From: Candidatus Eiseniibacteriota bacterium
GTDB lineage: Bacteria; Eisenbacteria; RBG-16-71-46
Assembly: GCA_963717505.1 (NCBI GenBank)
Contig: OY970342.1
Coordinates: 3,008,001 to 3,072,000 of the forward strand
Length of the DNA: 64,000 bases
Reading direction: 5' to 3'
Positions 30,826 through 40,913 of this stretch are shown piece by piece. A model generated the notes under the pieces. The model had not been told where the DNA came from, ran no database searches, and saw only the letters and a program-made list of their open reading frames with translations. The position numbers were made by a program, and so were the translations under genes. Within the stretch, counting starts at the first letter, position 1, and every line of letters starts with the position of its first letter.

Positions 30826-32790
30826 GTGAAGAACCCGACGCGCCCGGCGGCTTCTGCCCGCCGGGCGCCGTCGTCCGTCCGCGACGGCGCGGGGGGCGGC
30901 CGATGGCTCGTCTGGATGACGCATCCAGCGCTGCTCTCGGCGTTGATCGCGTTTCTGCTGTATCTGCCGAGCATCGGCTTCGATTTCGTTCGCGACGATC
31001 ACGAGTTGATCGTGCGCAACGCCTTCCTGCGTCGCGACGGGTTTCTCGGCCGCCTGTTGACCTCCGACTTCTGGGCGTCGGCCGGGCAGGGAGCCCACCT
31101 GTGGCGCCCGCTGGTGACCCTGTCGTTCTGGATCGAGGGGCGCGCCTTCGGGTGGAGTCCGATGGCATTCCACGCGGTGAACGTGCTCGCGCACGCGGGT
31201 GCGAGTGCGGTACTCGCCGGGCTGATGCTCGGCGCCGGCGTGCCGCGCCTGGCCGCTTTGGTCGCCGGAGTCTGGTTCGCGACCACGCCGGTCCACGTCG
31301 AATCGGTCGCCTGGATCGCAGGTCGGACCGACGTCCTGTGCGCGCTGTTCGCGTTCCTCGCGCTGGCCCTCGACCGGCGCGCGCGGGCCGCCGGCCGCGA
31401 CACGCCGGGCCTGGTGGCGCCCGCCGCGTTGCTGGCGGCGCTCCTGTCCAAGGAAGCCGCATTGCCGGTGCTGGGGGTACTCGCCGTGTCGTGGTGGGTC
31501 GCCACCGATCCGCCGCGCCGCGTGCGCGCCGCGGTGCGCTGGCTCGCGCCCTATGCCGTGGTGACGCTCGTGTACGTCGTCGCTCACGAGATGTTCGCGG
31601 CACCACTCGGACGCCCGGCGTGGGTCGATGCCGCGACCGTGACCCGGATCCGCTGGGCGGGCTGGACGATGCTCACCGAGTACGCGGCCATGCTGTGGCC
31701 CGGTTTTCCGCACGCGCCGGATTTCGCGCTGCCGCTGCCGTCCGGTGCCGGCGATCCCCGCGTGCTGCTCGGGGTCGCGTTCACGTTGGCGTCGGTCGCG
31801 GGCGCCGTGATCCTGGTCGCTCGACGTTCACGGTGGGCCGAGCCGGCGTGCCTGACCCTGTTGCCACTGTTGCTGCCGGTGGCACTCGCGTGGTCTCGCG
31901 GTCACCTCACGTTCGCCGAACGGCTGTGGTACCTGCCCTCGGGTGGTCTCGCCTGGATGCTGGCGCTCGGCTGCGCGCGTCTGTCCGCGGCACCGGCGCT
32001 CATTCGTCGCTCGAGTCTGGTTCTGTTGGTGGCCCTGATCGGCGCCGGTTTCTGGCGCGCCGGCATGCTGATTCCGGACTGGAAGGACGACCTCACGATG
32101 TACGCGGCACTCGGGCGCGCGCAACCGGGGAACGTGCGCGGGCGGATCGGACTGGCGAACCAGTTGAGTGCGGCCGGGCGCGACGAGGAAGCGCTGGCCG
32201 AGCTGGCGCGCATCGAAGCGATCGACGCGCGCATGCCCGAGCTGCATGCGACGCGCGCGGTGATCTACTTCCGGCACGGGCGCTGGTCCGACGTGCTCGC
32301 CAGTGCCGAGCAGGCGCTGGCCCTGGACCCGGGGCAGCCGCAGGCGCAGTTGCTGCGCGCCACGGCACTCGTGCGCTTGCGGCGCCTCGAGGCGGCGGAC
32401 TCCACCCTCTCGGCAATGCTCGCCGCACGCCCCGGAGACCCGGCGATCGAAGGGGTCTGGGGACAACTCCTGCTCTTGCGCGGTGAGGCAGCAGCGGCGA
32501 TCCCATTCCTCGATCGCGCGGCGCGCTGGAACACGGATGACGCCAGCGTGTCCTATGCGCTGGGCGTCGCCTGCCAGATCGAGCGCCGATGGGCCGAGGC
32601 GCAGTCGGCGTTCCAAAGCACGGTGGCGGTCGATCCTCGTTACTACGAAGCGTGGCTCCGGCTCGCGGTCTCGGCGCACGAGTCCCAGGACCTCGCAACG
32701 CGCGAACGGGCGATCGCGGCGGCTCGTGCCCTGCCGGAGGCCGCCGACGGACGGGCCGAAGCGCTCACACGCACCTGGGGCGCGAAATGA
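30826..32790 (+). CDS. Multi-pass GT-C glycosyltransferase with TPR tail (TMTC/DUF1736-like); start may be ATG 30917
   Basis: FVRDD acidic motif, WRPLVTLSF, FHAVNVLAH, PVHVESVAWIAGRTDVL, LLSKE, AERLWYLPS, followed by about 6-7 TPR-like repeats. Confidence 0.82.
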   Translation: MKNPTRPAASARRAPSSVRDGAGGGRWLVWMTHPALLSALIAFLLYLPSIGFDFVRDDHELIVRNAFLRRDGFLGRLLTSDFWASAGQGAHLWRPLVTLSFWIEGRAFGWSPMAFHAVNVLAHAGASAVLAGLMLGAGVPRLAALVAGVWFATTPVHVESVAWIAGRTDVLCALFAFLALALDRRARAAGRDTPGLVAPAALLAALLSKEAALPVLGVLAVSWWVATDPPRRVRAAVRWLAPYAVVTLVYVVAHEMFAAPLGRPAWVDAATVTRIRWAGWTMLTEYAAMLWPGFPHAPDFALPLPSGAGDPRVLLGVAFTLASVAGAVILVARRSRWAEPACLTLLPLLLPVALAWSRGHLTFAERLWYLPSGGLAWMLALGCARLSAAPALIRRSSLVLLVALIGAGFWRAGMLIPDWKDDLTMYAALGRAQPGNVRGRIGLANQLSAAGRDEEALAELARIEAIDARMPELHATRAVIYFRHGRWSDVLASAEQALALDPGQPQAQLLRATALVRLRRLEAADSTLSAMLAARPGDPAIEGVWGQLLLLRGEAAAAIPFLDRAARWNTDDASVSYALGVACQIERRWAEAQSAFQSTVAVDPRYYEAWLRLAVSAHESQDLATRERAIAAARALPEAADGRAEALTRTWGAK

Positions 32791-32800
32791 GCCGCGGCGG

Positions 32801-32830
32801 TTGACCCTCGCGTTTCGCGGCTGATAGCGT
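32801..32830 (+). promoter_or_regulatory. Putative sigma70 promoter for recJ-rel-dtd-maf
   Basis: TTGACC, 18 nt, TG-a-TAGCGT. Confidence 0.55.
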
Positions 32831-32850
32831 CTCCTCTCGAAGATCCCTCC

Positions 32851-34563
32851 ATGCTGGCGACCACTGTCACCCATCAATGGGTCCTGCACCCGGACCGCGA
32901 TTCGGACCAGTCGCGCGCGTTGGCGCGCGAACTCGGTGCGCCGCTTGCGGCTGCCGTCGCCCTGGTGAACCGCGGAGTGAAGAGCGCCGGCGACGCGAGG
33001 CAGTTCCTGGAGCCGACCCTCGAGGACCTCCACGACCCCCTGGGGCTGCTCGACCTCGATCGTGCGGTCGATCGGATCCGGACTGCGATCGTGCGCGGGG
33101 AGCGCATCCTGGTCCACGGCGACTACGACGTCGACGGAATCACCGCGACCTTCATGCTGGTCTCGGTGTTGCGCGAATTGGGCGCGCAGGCCGAATACCG
33201 GATCCCGCACCGCCTGCGCGACGGCTACGGGGTTTCGGAGGCGGCGATCGACGATGCGGTCGCGCGCGGCTGCACGCTGATCGTGACCGTGGACTGCGGG
33301 ATCACCGCGCACGGCCCGGTGGCCCTCGCGCGCTCACGCGGCATCGACACCGTGATCACCGACCATCACGAGCCGCCCGACGTGCTGCCCGAGGCGCACG
33401 CGGTGATCAACCCGCTGCGGCCCGGGTGCGCGTACCCGTTCAAATCACTGGCCGGTGTCGGGGTGACGTTCAAGCTGGTGCAGGCGCTGCTGCGCGGGCG
33501 TGGCGGTCTCGAGCGGGCGGCCGAGTACCTGGACGTGGTCGCGATCGGGACGATCGCGGACGTGGTGCCGCTGGTCGGTGAGAACCGCGTGCTGGCACGG
33601 CTCGGGCTCGAGCGCCTGAACCGGAAGCCCCGGGTCGGACTCCAGGCGTTGCTCGAGGTCGCCGGCGGCGAAGGACGCACCGTCACCAGCGGCCAGGTCG
33701 CCTTCGTGCTCGCACCGCGCATCAACGCCGGTGGGCGGATGGGGAACGCCGAGCAGGGCCTGCGCCTGTTGCTGTCCCGCGACGCGGCGGAAGCACGCAC
33801 GATCGCCGAGAGCCTGGAAGAGGACAACGACCTGCGCCGCCGCCGCGACGAGGAAGCGCTGGTCGAGGCCACGGCGCTGGTCGAGTCCGAACTAGGATAC
33901 CCGGAGTGCGCCTCGATCCTTCTCTGGTCGGAGCGCTGGCATCCCGGCGTCATCGGGATCGTGGCCTCGCGTCTGGTCGAGCGCTTCCACCGGCCGACCA
34001 TCCTGGTCGCGCTCAACGACGGTCTGGGCCGCGGCTCGGGGCGCAGCCTGGCCGGGTTCGACCTCAACCACGCGCTCGGTCGTTGCGCCGAATTGCTCGA
34101 GGGCTTCGGCGGACACGCGTTCGCCGCCGGACTCAGCGTGCGCCCGGAGCAGCTGCCCGAGCTGCGCCGGCGCTTCGATGCGTTGGTGCGCGAGCAGATG
34201 ACCCCCGAGGACTTCGTGCCGCGCCTGACGGTCGATGGCGACATCGTCCTCTCCGAGTGCGACCTCGAGCTGGTCCACTGGCTCGAGCGCATGTCGCCGC
34301 ACGGATTGGGCAATCCGGAGCCGTTGTTCGTGGTGCGGGGGGCTCGCGTGTCGGGTGTGGCCGCGGTTGGCGCCGGGCGGCACCTGCGCTTCAACGCGAG
34401 CGACGGCACCGGCAGCGCCGGCGGCATCGGCTTCGGGTTCGGCGAACACGTCACGGCGCTGCGTTCCACGCCCGCCGTCGACCTGGCGTGCGCCCCGACC
34501 CGCAACGAGTGGATGGGGGAGACCCGCGTCCAGCTCAAGCTCAAGGGGATGCGTCCGGCGTGA
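32851..34563 (+). CDS. recJ: ssDNA exonuclease RecJ
   Basis: GDYDVDG, TVDCG, TDHH, LAGVGV, GTIADVVPL, PRINAGGR, GGHAFAAG. Confidence 0.96.
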   Translation: MLATTVTHQWVLHPDRDSDQSRALARELGAPLAAAVALVNRGVKSAGDARQFLEPTLEDLHDPLGLLDLDRAVDRIRTAIVRGERILVHGDYDVDGITATFMLVSVLRELGAQAEYRIPHRLRDGYGVSEAAIDDAVARGCTLIVTVDCGITAHGPVALARSRGIDTVITDHHEPPDVLPEAHAVINPLRPGCAYPFKSLAGVGVTFKLVQALLRGRGGLERAAEYLDVVAIGTIADVVPLVGENRVLARLGLERLNRKPRVGLQALLEVAGGEGRTVTSGQVAFVLAPRINAGGRMGNAEQGLRLLLSRDAAEARTIAESLEEDNDLRRRRDEEALVEATALVESELGYPECASILLWSERWHPGVIGIVASRLVERFHRPTILVALNDGLGRGSGRSLAGFDLNHALGRCAELLEGFGGHAFAAGLSVRPEQLPELRRRFDALVREQMTPEDFVPRLTVDGDIVLSECDLELVHWLERMSPHGLGNPEPLFVVRGARVSGVAAVGAGRHLRFNASDGTGSAGGIGFGFGEHVTALRSTPAVDLACAPTRNEWMGETRVQLKLKGMRPA

Positions 34564-36764
34564 GCGAGTCGGGCAGCGACCATCCGGAGCTCCGCGCCGC
34601 CCTGCTCGCCACGCTCGACGAGCACGCGCCGAAAGTCGATCGTGATCGTGTCGCCGCCTGCTTCGACTACGCGGCCCGTGCCCACCGCGGGCAGCAACGC
34701 GAATCGGGCGAGCCGTTCCTGACCCACGTAGTCGAGGTCACGCGCATCCTGGTCGATCTGCTCGAGTCGCGCCTCGACACGCCGCTGGCGTGTGGGGCCC
34801 TGCTGCACGACGTGGTCGAGGACACCGAGGTCGGCCTCGAGGACGTCGAGAAGCGGTTCGGACGCGAGGTTGCAGGGCTGGTCGAGGGCGTGACCAAGCT
34901 GTCGGGGCTCCACTTCGATCGTCGCGAGACGGTCCAGGCCGAGAATTTCCGAAAGATGCTGCTGTCCATGTCGCGCGATCTGCGGGTCATCTTCATCAAG
35001 CTCGCCGACCGCCTGCACAACATGCGCACGATCGGCGCGTTGCGGCCCGACAAGCAGACGCGCATCGCGATCGAGACCCGGGACATCTATGCGGCGCTCG
35101 CCCACCGATTGGGCATGGCGACCATCAAGCGCGAGCTCGAGGACCTGAGCCTCAAGGTGCTCGATCCCGACGCGTATCAGGACCTGGCCAGCCGGATCCA
35201 GGCTCGCCGCGAGGAGCGCGAGGCGTTCCTCGCCGGCGTGCGCGACCGGCTCGAAGGCGGACTCAAGGCGGCCGGTATCAAGGCCGAGGTCACCGGCCGC
35301 CCGAAGCACTTCTACTCGATCTACCAGAAAATGCAGTCGGGCCGGGATTTCGAGTCGATCTACGACCTGTTCGGCATCCGGGTCCTGACGCAGACGCGCA
35401 ACGACTGCTATCGCGCACTGGGCGTGGTCCACGACGTGTTCACGCCGGTCGCCGATCGATTCAAGGACTACATCGCCACTCCCAAATCCAACCTGTACCA
35501 GTCGTTGCACACCACGGTGCTCGACGGCGGCGAACTGGTCGAAGTCCAGATCCGCAGCTGGGAAATGCATCGCACCGCCGAGACCGGAGTCGCCGCGCAC
35601 TACGTCTACAAACACACCGGCATGGTGGACGAAGAGCTGGACGCCAAGCTCGGTGGTTTCGTCGCCCAGACCGCCGACTGGCAGCGGACGGCGGGCGACG
35701 ACGAGTACCTGGACTTCCTGCACACCGCGCTCTACCAGGAAGAGGTGTTCGTCTACACCCCGCGGCGCGAGCTCAAGCGGCTGCCCAAGGGCTCGACCGT
35801 GCTCGACTTTGCGTTCCTGGTCCACACCGAGGTCGGCCAGCGCACGGTCGGCGCCCGGGTGAACGGCGAACTGGTGCCGTTGCGCCACGTGCTGCGCAAC
35901 GGCGACACGGTCGAGATCGTCACCTCGTCGCACGCCCATCCGCACGAGGATTGGCTGCAGATCGTGCGCACCACCGGCGCGCGCAGCAAGATCCGTCACT
36001 GGCTCCGGCTGCAGCGGCACACCGACAGCGTCAGCCTCGGACGCGAGATGCTCGAGCGCGAGCTCAAACGGCTGCGCCTGGACCCCGAGCCCGCGACCCT
36101 CGAGGACGTGGCGCGCGGCCTCGGTTGCGACGGGATCGAGCAGCTGCAGGCGCGCCTGGCCGAAGGCCAGGTGTCGCTGCCGCAGGTCATCCGCAAGCTG
36201 TCGCCGCCCAAGGAGGGTTTCGCCGAGCGCTTCGCGAAGGATCCGCTCGAGGCCCTGGGGTTCAGCAAACGGCCGACCGGCGGCGTGCGCATCCAGGGCA
36301 TCGACAACGTCATGCTGAGCTTCGCTCGTTGTTGCCAACCGGTGCCGGGCGACCCGGTGATCGGGATCGTCACCGTCGGTCGCGGCGTGTCGGTGCATCG
36401 CCAGGATTGTCCGAACACCTTCGGCAATCGGATCGCCGCCGAGCGCAAGGTGCCGGTGGAATGGGACGCGGGGATCGACGAGACGTTCCCGGTCCGGCTG
36501 GTGGTGTTCGGCCACGATCGTCCGGCGCTGCTGGCCGACATCGCCAAGGCGATCGCCGCAACCTCGGTCAATATCCGCTACGCCGGCATGGCGAGCGAGG
36601 ATCGCACCGCCCGCGGGGCATTCGTGGTCGAGGTGCCGCATCTGGCCAAGCTCAACGAGGTCATGCATGCGGTGCGTCGCGTGTCCGGAGTGACGCGGGT
36701 CGATCGGCGCCGGCGGATCGTGCGCGCCGTGCCGCCGCGAAGGGCGAGCGGGGACTCGGGGTGA
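34560..36764 (+). CDS. rel: Bifunctional (p)ppGpp synthetase/hydrolase (long RSH)
   Basis: HD hydrolase LLHDVVEDT, KLADRLHNMRT, RFKDYIATPK, YQSLHT, EVQIR, TGS, CCQPVPGD and ACT domains; GTG overlaps the recJ stop. Confidence 0.95.
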   Translation: MSESGSDHPELRAALLATLDEHAPKVDRDRVAACFDYAARAHRGQQRESGEPFLTHVVEVTRILVDLLESRLDTPLACGALLHDVVEDTEVGLEDVEKRFGREVAGLVEGVTKLSGLHFDRRETVQAENFRKMLLSMSRDLRVIFIKLADRLHNMRTIGALRPDKQTRIAIETRDIYAALAHRLGMATIKRELEDLSLKVLDPDAYQDLASRIQARREEREAFLAGVRDRLEGGLKAAGIKAEVTGRPKHFYSIYQKMQSGRDFESIYDLFGIRVLTQTRNDCYRALGVVHDVFTPVADRFKDYIATPKSNLYQSLHTTVLDGGELVEVQIRSWEMHRTAETGVAAHYVYKHTGMVDEELDAKLGGFVAQTADWQRTAGDDEYLDFLHTALYQEEVFVYTPRRELKRLPKGSTVLDFAFLVHTEVGQRTVGARVNGELVPLRHVLRNGDTVEIVTSSHAHPHEDWLQIVRTTGARSKIRHWLRLQRHTDSVSLGREMLERELKRLRLDPEPATLEDVARGLGCDGIEQLQARLAEGQVSLPQVIRKLSPPKEGFAERFAKDPLEALGFSKRPTGGVRIQGIDNVMLSFARCCQPVPGDPVIGIVTVGRGVSVHRQDCPNTFGNRIAAERKVPVEWDAGIDETFPVRLVVFGHDRPALLADIAKAIAATSVNIRYAGMASEDRTARGAFVVEVPHLAKLNEVMHAVRRVSGVTRVDRRRRIVRAVPPRRASGDSG

Positions 36765-37249
36765 GGGTGTTGGTTCAGCGCGTTCTGCGCGCTCGCTGCG
36801 AGGTCGAAGGCGTGGCTACCGGCGCGATCGGTCCCGGCCTGCTGGTGTTCGTCGGCGCGGCGATCGGGGACTCCGACGCGGACGCCGACTGGCTGGCGCG
36901 CAAGATCGCCGGACTGCGGGTGTTCGCCGACGGCGACCGGCTGATGAACCGCGACGTGCGCGAAACCGGCGGAGCCGTGCTCGCGATCCCGCAATTCACG
37001 CTCTACGGCGACGCGCGCCGCGGACGGCGCCCGGACTTCACGGCCGCCGAGCGTCCGGAGCGAGCGGAGCCGCTGTTCGAGCGCTTCTGTTCGGCCCTGG
37101 CGGCCGCGGGCGTTCCGGTCGAGCGCGGCCGGTTTCGAGCACACATGGTGATCGAATGCGTGAACGACGGCCCGGTGTCGCTGGTGGTTGACGGCCCGGA
37201 GCCCAGTGGCCGCGGTGCACGAGTCGAGGAATCCGCCGCCGATGGCTGA
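36761..37249 (+). CDS. dtd: D-aminoacyl-tRNA deacylase
   Basis: RVLVQRV, PQFTLYGD, GRRPDF, NDGPVS; canonical position after rel. Confidence 0.95.
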   Translation: MRVLVQRVLRARCEVEGVATGAIGPGLLVFVGAAIGDSDADADWLARKIAGLRVFADGDRLMNRDVRETGGAVLAIPQFTLYGDARRGRRPDFTAAERPERAEPLFERFCSALAAAGVPVERGRFRAHMVIECVNDGPVSLVVDGPEPSGRGARVEESAADG

Positions 37250-37835
37250 CGCACGCGCGCGTTTGTTCTATTCCGGGAGGTCGCCCCTGGTGCTCGCGTC
37301 CGGCTCGCCGCGCCGGGTGGCTTTGCTGCGCCAGGTCGGCGCCACGTTCACCGTGGTCGACCCCGGTCCGGATCGCGAATGGCCGGGCTCGGCGGAGCCG
37401 CGTCACGGGGTGCGCGCGTTGGCGCTCGACAAGGCGCGGCGGATCGCTCTGGCGCGACCGCGCGCGGTGGTGCTCGGCGCCGATACCATCGTCGTGATCC
37501 GCGGGCAACGGCTCGGCAAGCCGAGCGGTCGCGAGCAGGCGTGCGACATGTTGCGCCGCCTCCAGGGCCGACAGCACGAAGTGTGGACCGGCATGGCGGC
37601 GGTCAGCGGGCGCGATCAGCGGACCGCGGCGGTGTGCACCAAGGTGCGATTCGCGCGCATGTCGCCGGCCGAGATCGAACGCTATGTCGCGACCGGCGAG
37701 CCGCTCGACAAGGCCGGCGCCTACGGCATCCAGGGGCTGGGGGCGGCGTTCGTCCAGGAGATCGAAGGCGACTACTTCAACGTGGTCGGCCTGCCGCTGG
37801 CGCGACTGCGCCGACTCCTGGCGGAGTTCTCGTAG
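37242..37835 (+). CDS. maf: Maf family nucleotide pyrophosphatase
   Basis: LVLASGSPRR, LGADTIV, LGKP, EPLDKAGAYGIQG, NVVGLP. Confidence 0.93.
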   Translation: MADARARLFYSGRSPLVLASGSPRRVALLRQVGATFTVVDPGPDREWPGSAEPRHGVRALALDKARRIALARPRAVVLGADTIVVIRGQRLGKPSGREQACDMLRRLQGRQHEVWTGMAAVSGRDQRTAAVCTKVRFARMSPAEIERYVATGEPLDKAGAYGIQGLGAAFVQEIEGDYFNVVGLPLARLRRLLAEFS

Positions 37836-40800
37836 ATGGTCCGGCGCGCCAAGACTCGCCCGCGATCAGATCCCGAGCCGTCGTCCGGCAGCCCGCCGAC
37901 TTCGAGCGGGTTGCCCGCGGCGTGGATCGTGACCTGCTTCCTGCTGTCGGGAGCAGCGGGATTGATCTACGAAGTCGCGTGGTCGAAGGAGCTTTCCTAC
38001 CTGCTGGGCACTTCGCTGGCGGCGGTGTCCACCGTGGTGACGTCGTTTCTCGCCGGGCTCGCGATCGGCGCTGCCACATTGGGGGTTCGCCTCGGGCGAA
38101 GCCGCCAGCCGGTTCGGGCATACGGCTGGCTCGAGTTGGGGATCGCGGTCGCCGGCGTGGCGTCGATCCCCGTGCTCCGCGGTCTCGATCCACTCCTGTC
38201 GGTGTTCGCCGCGCAGTTCGGCGCCGCAAGTATCGCGTTCAACATCGCGCGCGTGGTCGTGGTTCTGGTCATTCTCGCGATGCCGGCCGTGTTGATGGGG
38301 GCGACGCTTCCCGCGCTGGTCGGGCACCTCGAGCGCCGGAGCGTCGGCAGGGGTCTCGCGTGGCTCTACGCGATCAACACCGCGGGAGCGGTCGCGGGGT
38401 CGTTGCTCGCGGGGTTCGTGCTGGTTCCGGAGCTCGGTCTCACCGCAGCCACGTGGGTGGCCGCAGGACTCAATCTCGCGGCCGGCACCGTCGCGATCCT
38501 GGCGCGAGGGCGCGTCGCAGCGCCGGATTCGGTGCCCGAGCAGCAGGCGGTGCACGCGACCGTGAGCCAGGAGAAGACTTCGAGCCGCCTCGCCTTCGCC
38601 TGGGCGTTCGGCCTTTCCGGCTTCGCCGCACTCGTGCTCCAGATCGCGTGGGTCCGGTTGTTCGGGCTCCTGTTCGGCAGCTCCGTCTACTCGTTCGCCG
38701 CCGTACTCGCGGTCTATCTCGCGGGGATCGCCGCCGGCGGGGCGCTCGGCAGCCGACTGATGCTGTCCCGGCGCCCGATGGCCGCGTGGGGAATGCTGGA
38801 GCTCGGAATCGCCGGGGCGGCGGCGGCGTCCCTCCAGCTCCTGCCCTGGATTCCCGAATGGTTCCTGCGTTTCTCGGCGTATCCGGGCGCGAGCTGGTCG
38901 AGCCTCATGGTCGTCAAGGTCTTGCTGACCGCGTCGATGGCCGCCGTGCCGAGCGTCCTGCTCGGCGTCGCCTTCCCGCTCGGGGTCCGATTGCTCCAGC
39001 GCACCGATGGCGTCGAAGCCATCGGAGTCGCGTATGCGGTGAACACGGCGGGCACCGTGGTCGGGTCGCTGGCCGCGGGATTCTGGCTGCTGCCGTGGCT
39101 CGGGGTTCCGGGAACCCAGATCCTCGCGGCCTCGGTTTCGCTGACCGTCGGACTCGGCGCTCTGGCGCTGCAACCGCGCGGCGAGGGGCAGAAACACGAT
39201 AGGTGGGTGGCGGCGGCGTGCGCTGCCGCGCTGGTCGCGCTCGTCGTCGTGGCGCCGAAGTGGGACCCCGCACTGATGACCGCGGGCGTGTTTCGCGCGC
39301 AACAGTGGGCCGCGATCGGCGCCGGTCCGAACGCCGCTGGCGGCTGGACCCGGCTCGCCGACGCCGCCGCCCGCCGCCGAATCGTCTTCTACCGCGAAGG
39401 TCACAATGGATCGGTGTGTGTGGAAACCGACTCGACCGGGCGCGAGTTCGCGATGAGTGTCGGCGGCAAAGTCGACGCGAGCACGCTCGACATGGTCACT
39501 CAGGTGTCGAGCGGACTCCTGCCGATCGCGATCGCGCGGCCCGCGGCTCAGACCCTGGTGATCGGGCTCGGGTCGGGGGTCACGGTGTCGTCGGCGCTCG
39601 CGGCCGGCGCGGGCGAGGTCGAGGTCGTGGAACTCGAGCAGGCGGTGGTCGAGGGCGCACGCTTCTTCCATCCGCGGGACTCGTTCCCGATCGACGATCC
39701 CCGCGTGCGTTTGGTGGTCGACGACGGCCGCACCCACCTCAGGCACAGCCCGCGCCGCTACGACGCCATCATCTCCGAGCCTTCGAATCCCTGGCTCGCC
39801 GGGGTCAACAATCTGTTCACCGCCGAATTCTTTCGTTCGGTCCGCGACCATCTGGCGCCGGACGGCGTCTTCTGTCAGTGGATCCAGGTCTACGAAGTGT
39901 CGCCGGAAACACTCGGCTCCCTGCTCGCCGCGTTCCTGTCCGCGTTTCCGGACGGGCACGCGTTCCTGATCCAGGAGGCGGACTTGTTGTTGATCGCAGC
40001 CCCCCCGGAGCGCCGGCTCGACCTGTCGCGACTGAGCACGCCCGCCGCGCGGCGCGAGATCGAACGGGCGCGACTGCTCGGGCCCGAGGCGCTCGCGGCC
40101 TTCTACCGCGCACCCATTGCCTCGCTCGCGCCGATGGCGGCGGGTGCGATCGTGAACCGCGACGACCGGCCGATCGTCGAGTATCGGGCGCCGCGCGAAA
40201 TGCTGGAGCTCGGCCGGCGCGGCGTACGCTGGTCGAGCTTGGTGCCGGACAGTGGCTGGCATGCGGCGAAGTCGCTGTTCGCCGATTGGACGCCGGAGTC
40301 GTGGTGGACCAACCGGGTGCAGCAGCGGATGCGGCACCGGGAGGCTGCCGCGGCGCGCTCGGCGGTGGACCGGGCGCGCGCCGAGGGCCACGTGGCCTTG
40401 GCGGATCGGCTCGGAGAGGCTTTGGACGCAGCCGATCGCGTGCGCGACGTTGGTGAGCGCCACCGGCGCGCGCGGGAGGCGATGATCGTCCAGGACTTCG
40501 CCGAGGCTGAATTGCAGTTGGCCGCCGCCTCGTCTCTGGAGCCCGAGAACGGCAGGACCTGGGTGCTGCTCGCCGACGCGCGTCGCAGCATGCTCGACTT
40601 CGAGGGTGCTCGTGAGGCCGCGATGCGCGGTCTCGCCGCCGAACGCGTCGACGACCGCGCCGATGCCGCAATCGTGCTCGGGCTGATCGAGCTGGATCGA
40701 GACCAGGGTGCGGCGGCGATCGCGCGCTTCCGCGAGGCGCAGGCGATCCGACCGAAGCACGGCGAAGCCTACCGGCTCGAGGGCATGACCCGGGTCGCGG

Positions 40801-40913
40801 CCGGCGACCTGAACGGCGCGCGCGACGCGTGCGCGCGCGGATTGGCCGCCGCACCGGGAGATCCGGGCCTGATCGAGCTCGAACGGACGATCGCGGGGGA
40901 CGGGTCGCCATGA
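37836..40913 (+). CDS. Fused multi-TM / spermidine-synthase-like SAM-binding domain / TPR protein
   Basis: Duplicated membrane module (FLLSGAAGLIYEVAW; FGLSGFAALVLQIAW; YAINTAGAVAG; YAVNTAGTVVG), LVIGLGSGVT, VELE, DDGR, YDAIISEPSNPW, C-terminal TPRs. Confidence 0.85.
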   Translation: MVRRAKTRPRSDPEPSSGSPPTSSGLPAAWIVTCFLLSGAAGLIYEVAWSKELSYLLGTSLAAVSTVVTSFLAGLAIGAATLGVRLGRSRQPVRAYGWLELGIAVAGVASIPVLRGLDPLLSVFAAQFGAASIAFNIARVVVVLVILAMPAVLMGATLPALVGHLERRSVGRGLAWLYAINTAGAVAGSLLAGFVLVPELGLTAATWVAAGLNLAAGTVAILARGRVAAPDSVPEQQAVHATVSQEKTSSRLAFAWAFGLSGFAALVLQIAWVRLFGLLFGSSVYSFAAVLAVYLAGIAAGGALGSRLMLSRRPMAAWGMLELGIAGAAAASLQLLPWIPEWFLRFSAYPGASWSSLMVVKVLLTASMAAVPSVLLGVAFPLGVRLLQRTDGVEAIGVAYAVNTAGTVVGSLAAGFWLLPWLGVPGTQILAASVSLTVGLGALALQPRGEGQKHDRWVAAACAAALVALVVVAPKWDPALMTAGVFRAQQWAAIGAGPNAAGGWTRLADAAARRRIVFYREGHNGSVCVETDSTGREFAMSVGGKVDASTLDMVTQVSSGLLPIAIARPAAQTLVIGLGSGVTVSSALAAGAGEVEVVELEQAVVEGARFFHPRDSFPIDDPRVRLVVDDGRTHLRHSPRRYDAIISEPSNPWLAGVNNLFTAEFFRSVRDHLAPDGVFCQWIQVYEVSPETLGSLLAAFLSAFPDGHAFLIQEADLLLIAAPPERRLDLSRLSTPAARREIERARLLGPEALAAFYRAPIASLAPMAAGAIVNRDDRPIVEYRAPREMLELGRRGVRWSSLVPDSGWHAAKSLFADWTPESWWTNRVQQRMRHREAAAARSAVDRARAEGHVALADRLGEALDAADRVRDVGERHRRAREAMIVQDFAEAELQLAAASSLEPENGRTWVLLADARRSMLDFEGAREAAMRGLAAERVDDRADAAIVLGLIELDRDQGAAAIARFREAQAIRPKHGEAYRLEGMTRVAAGDLNGARDACARGLAAAPGDPGLIELERTIAGDGSP

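Noticed and set aside
33366-36668. Very long minus-strand ORFs (1100 aa here; also 10511-12541, 26404-28890, 37866-40760, 54562-56868)
   Set aside because: They are antisense shadows of well-identified + strand genes. High GC3 suppresses stops and the translations have no recognisable motifs.
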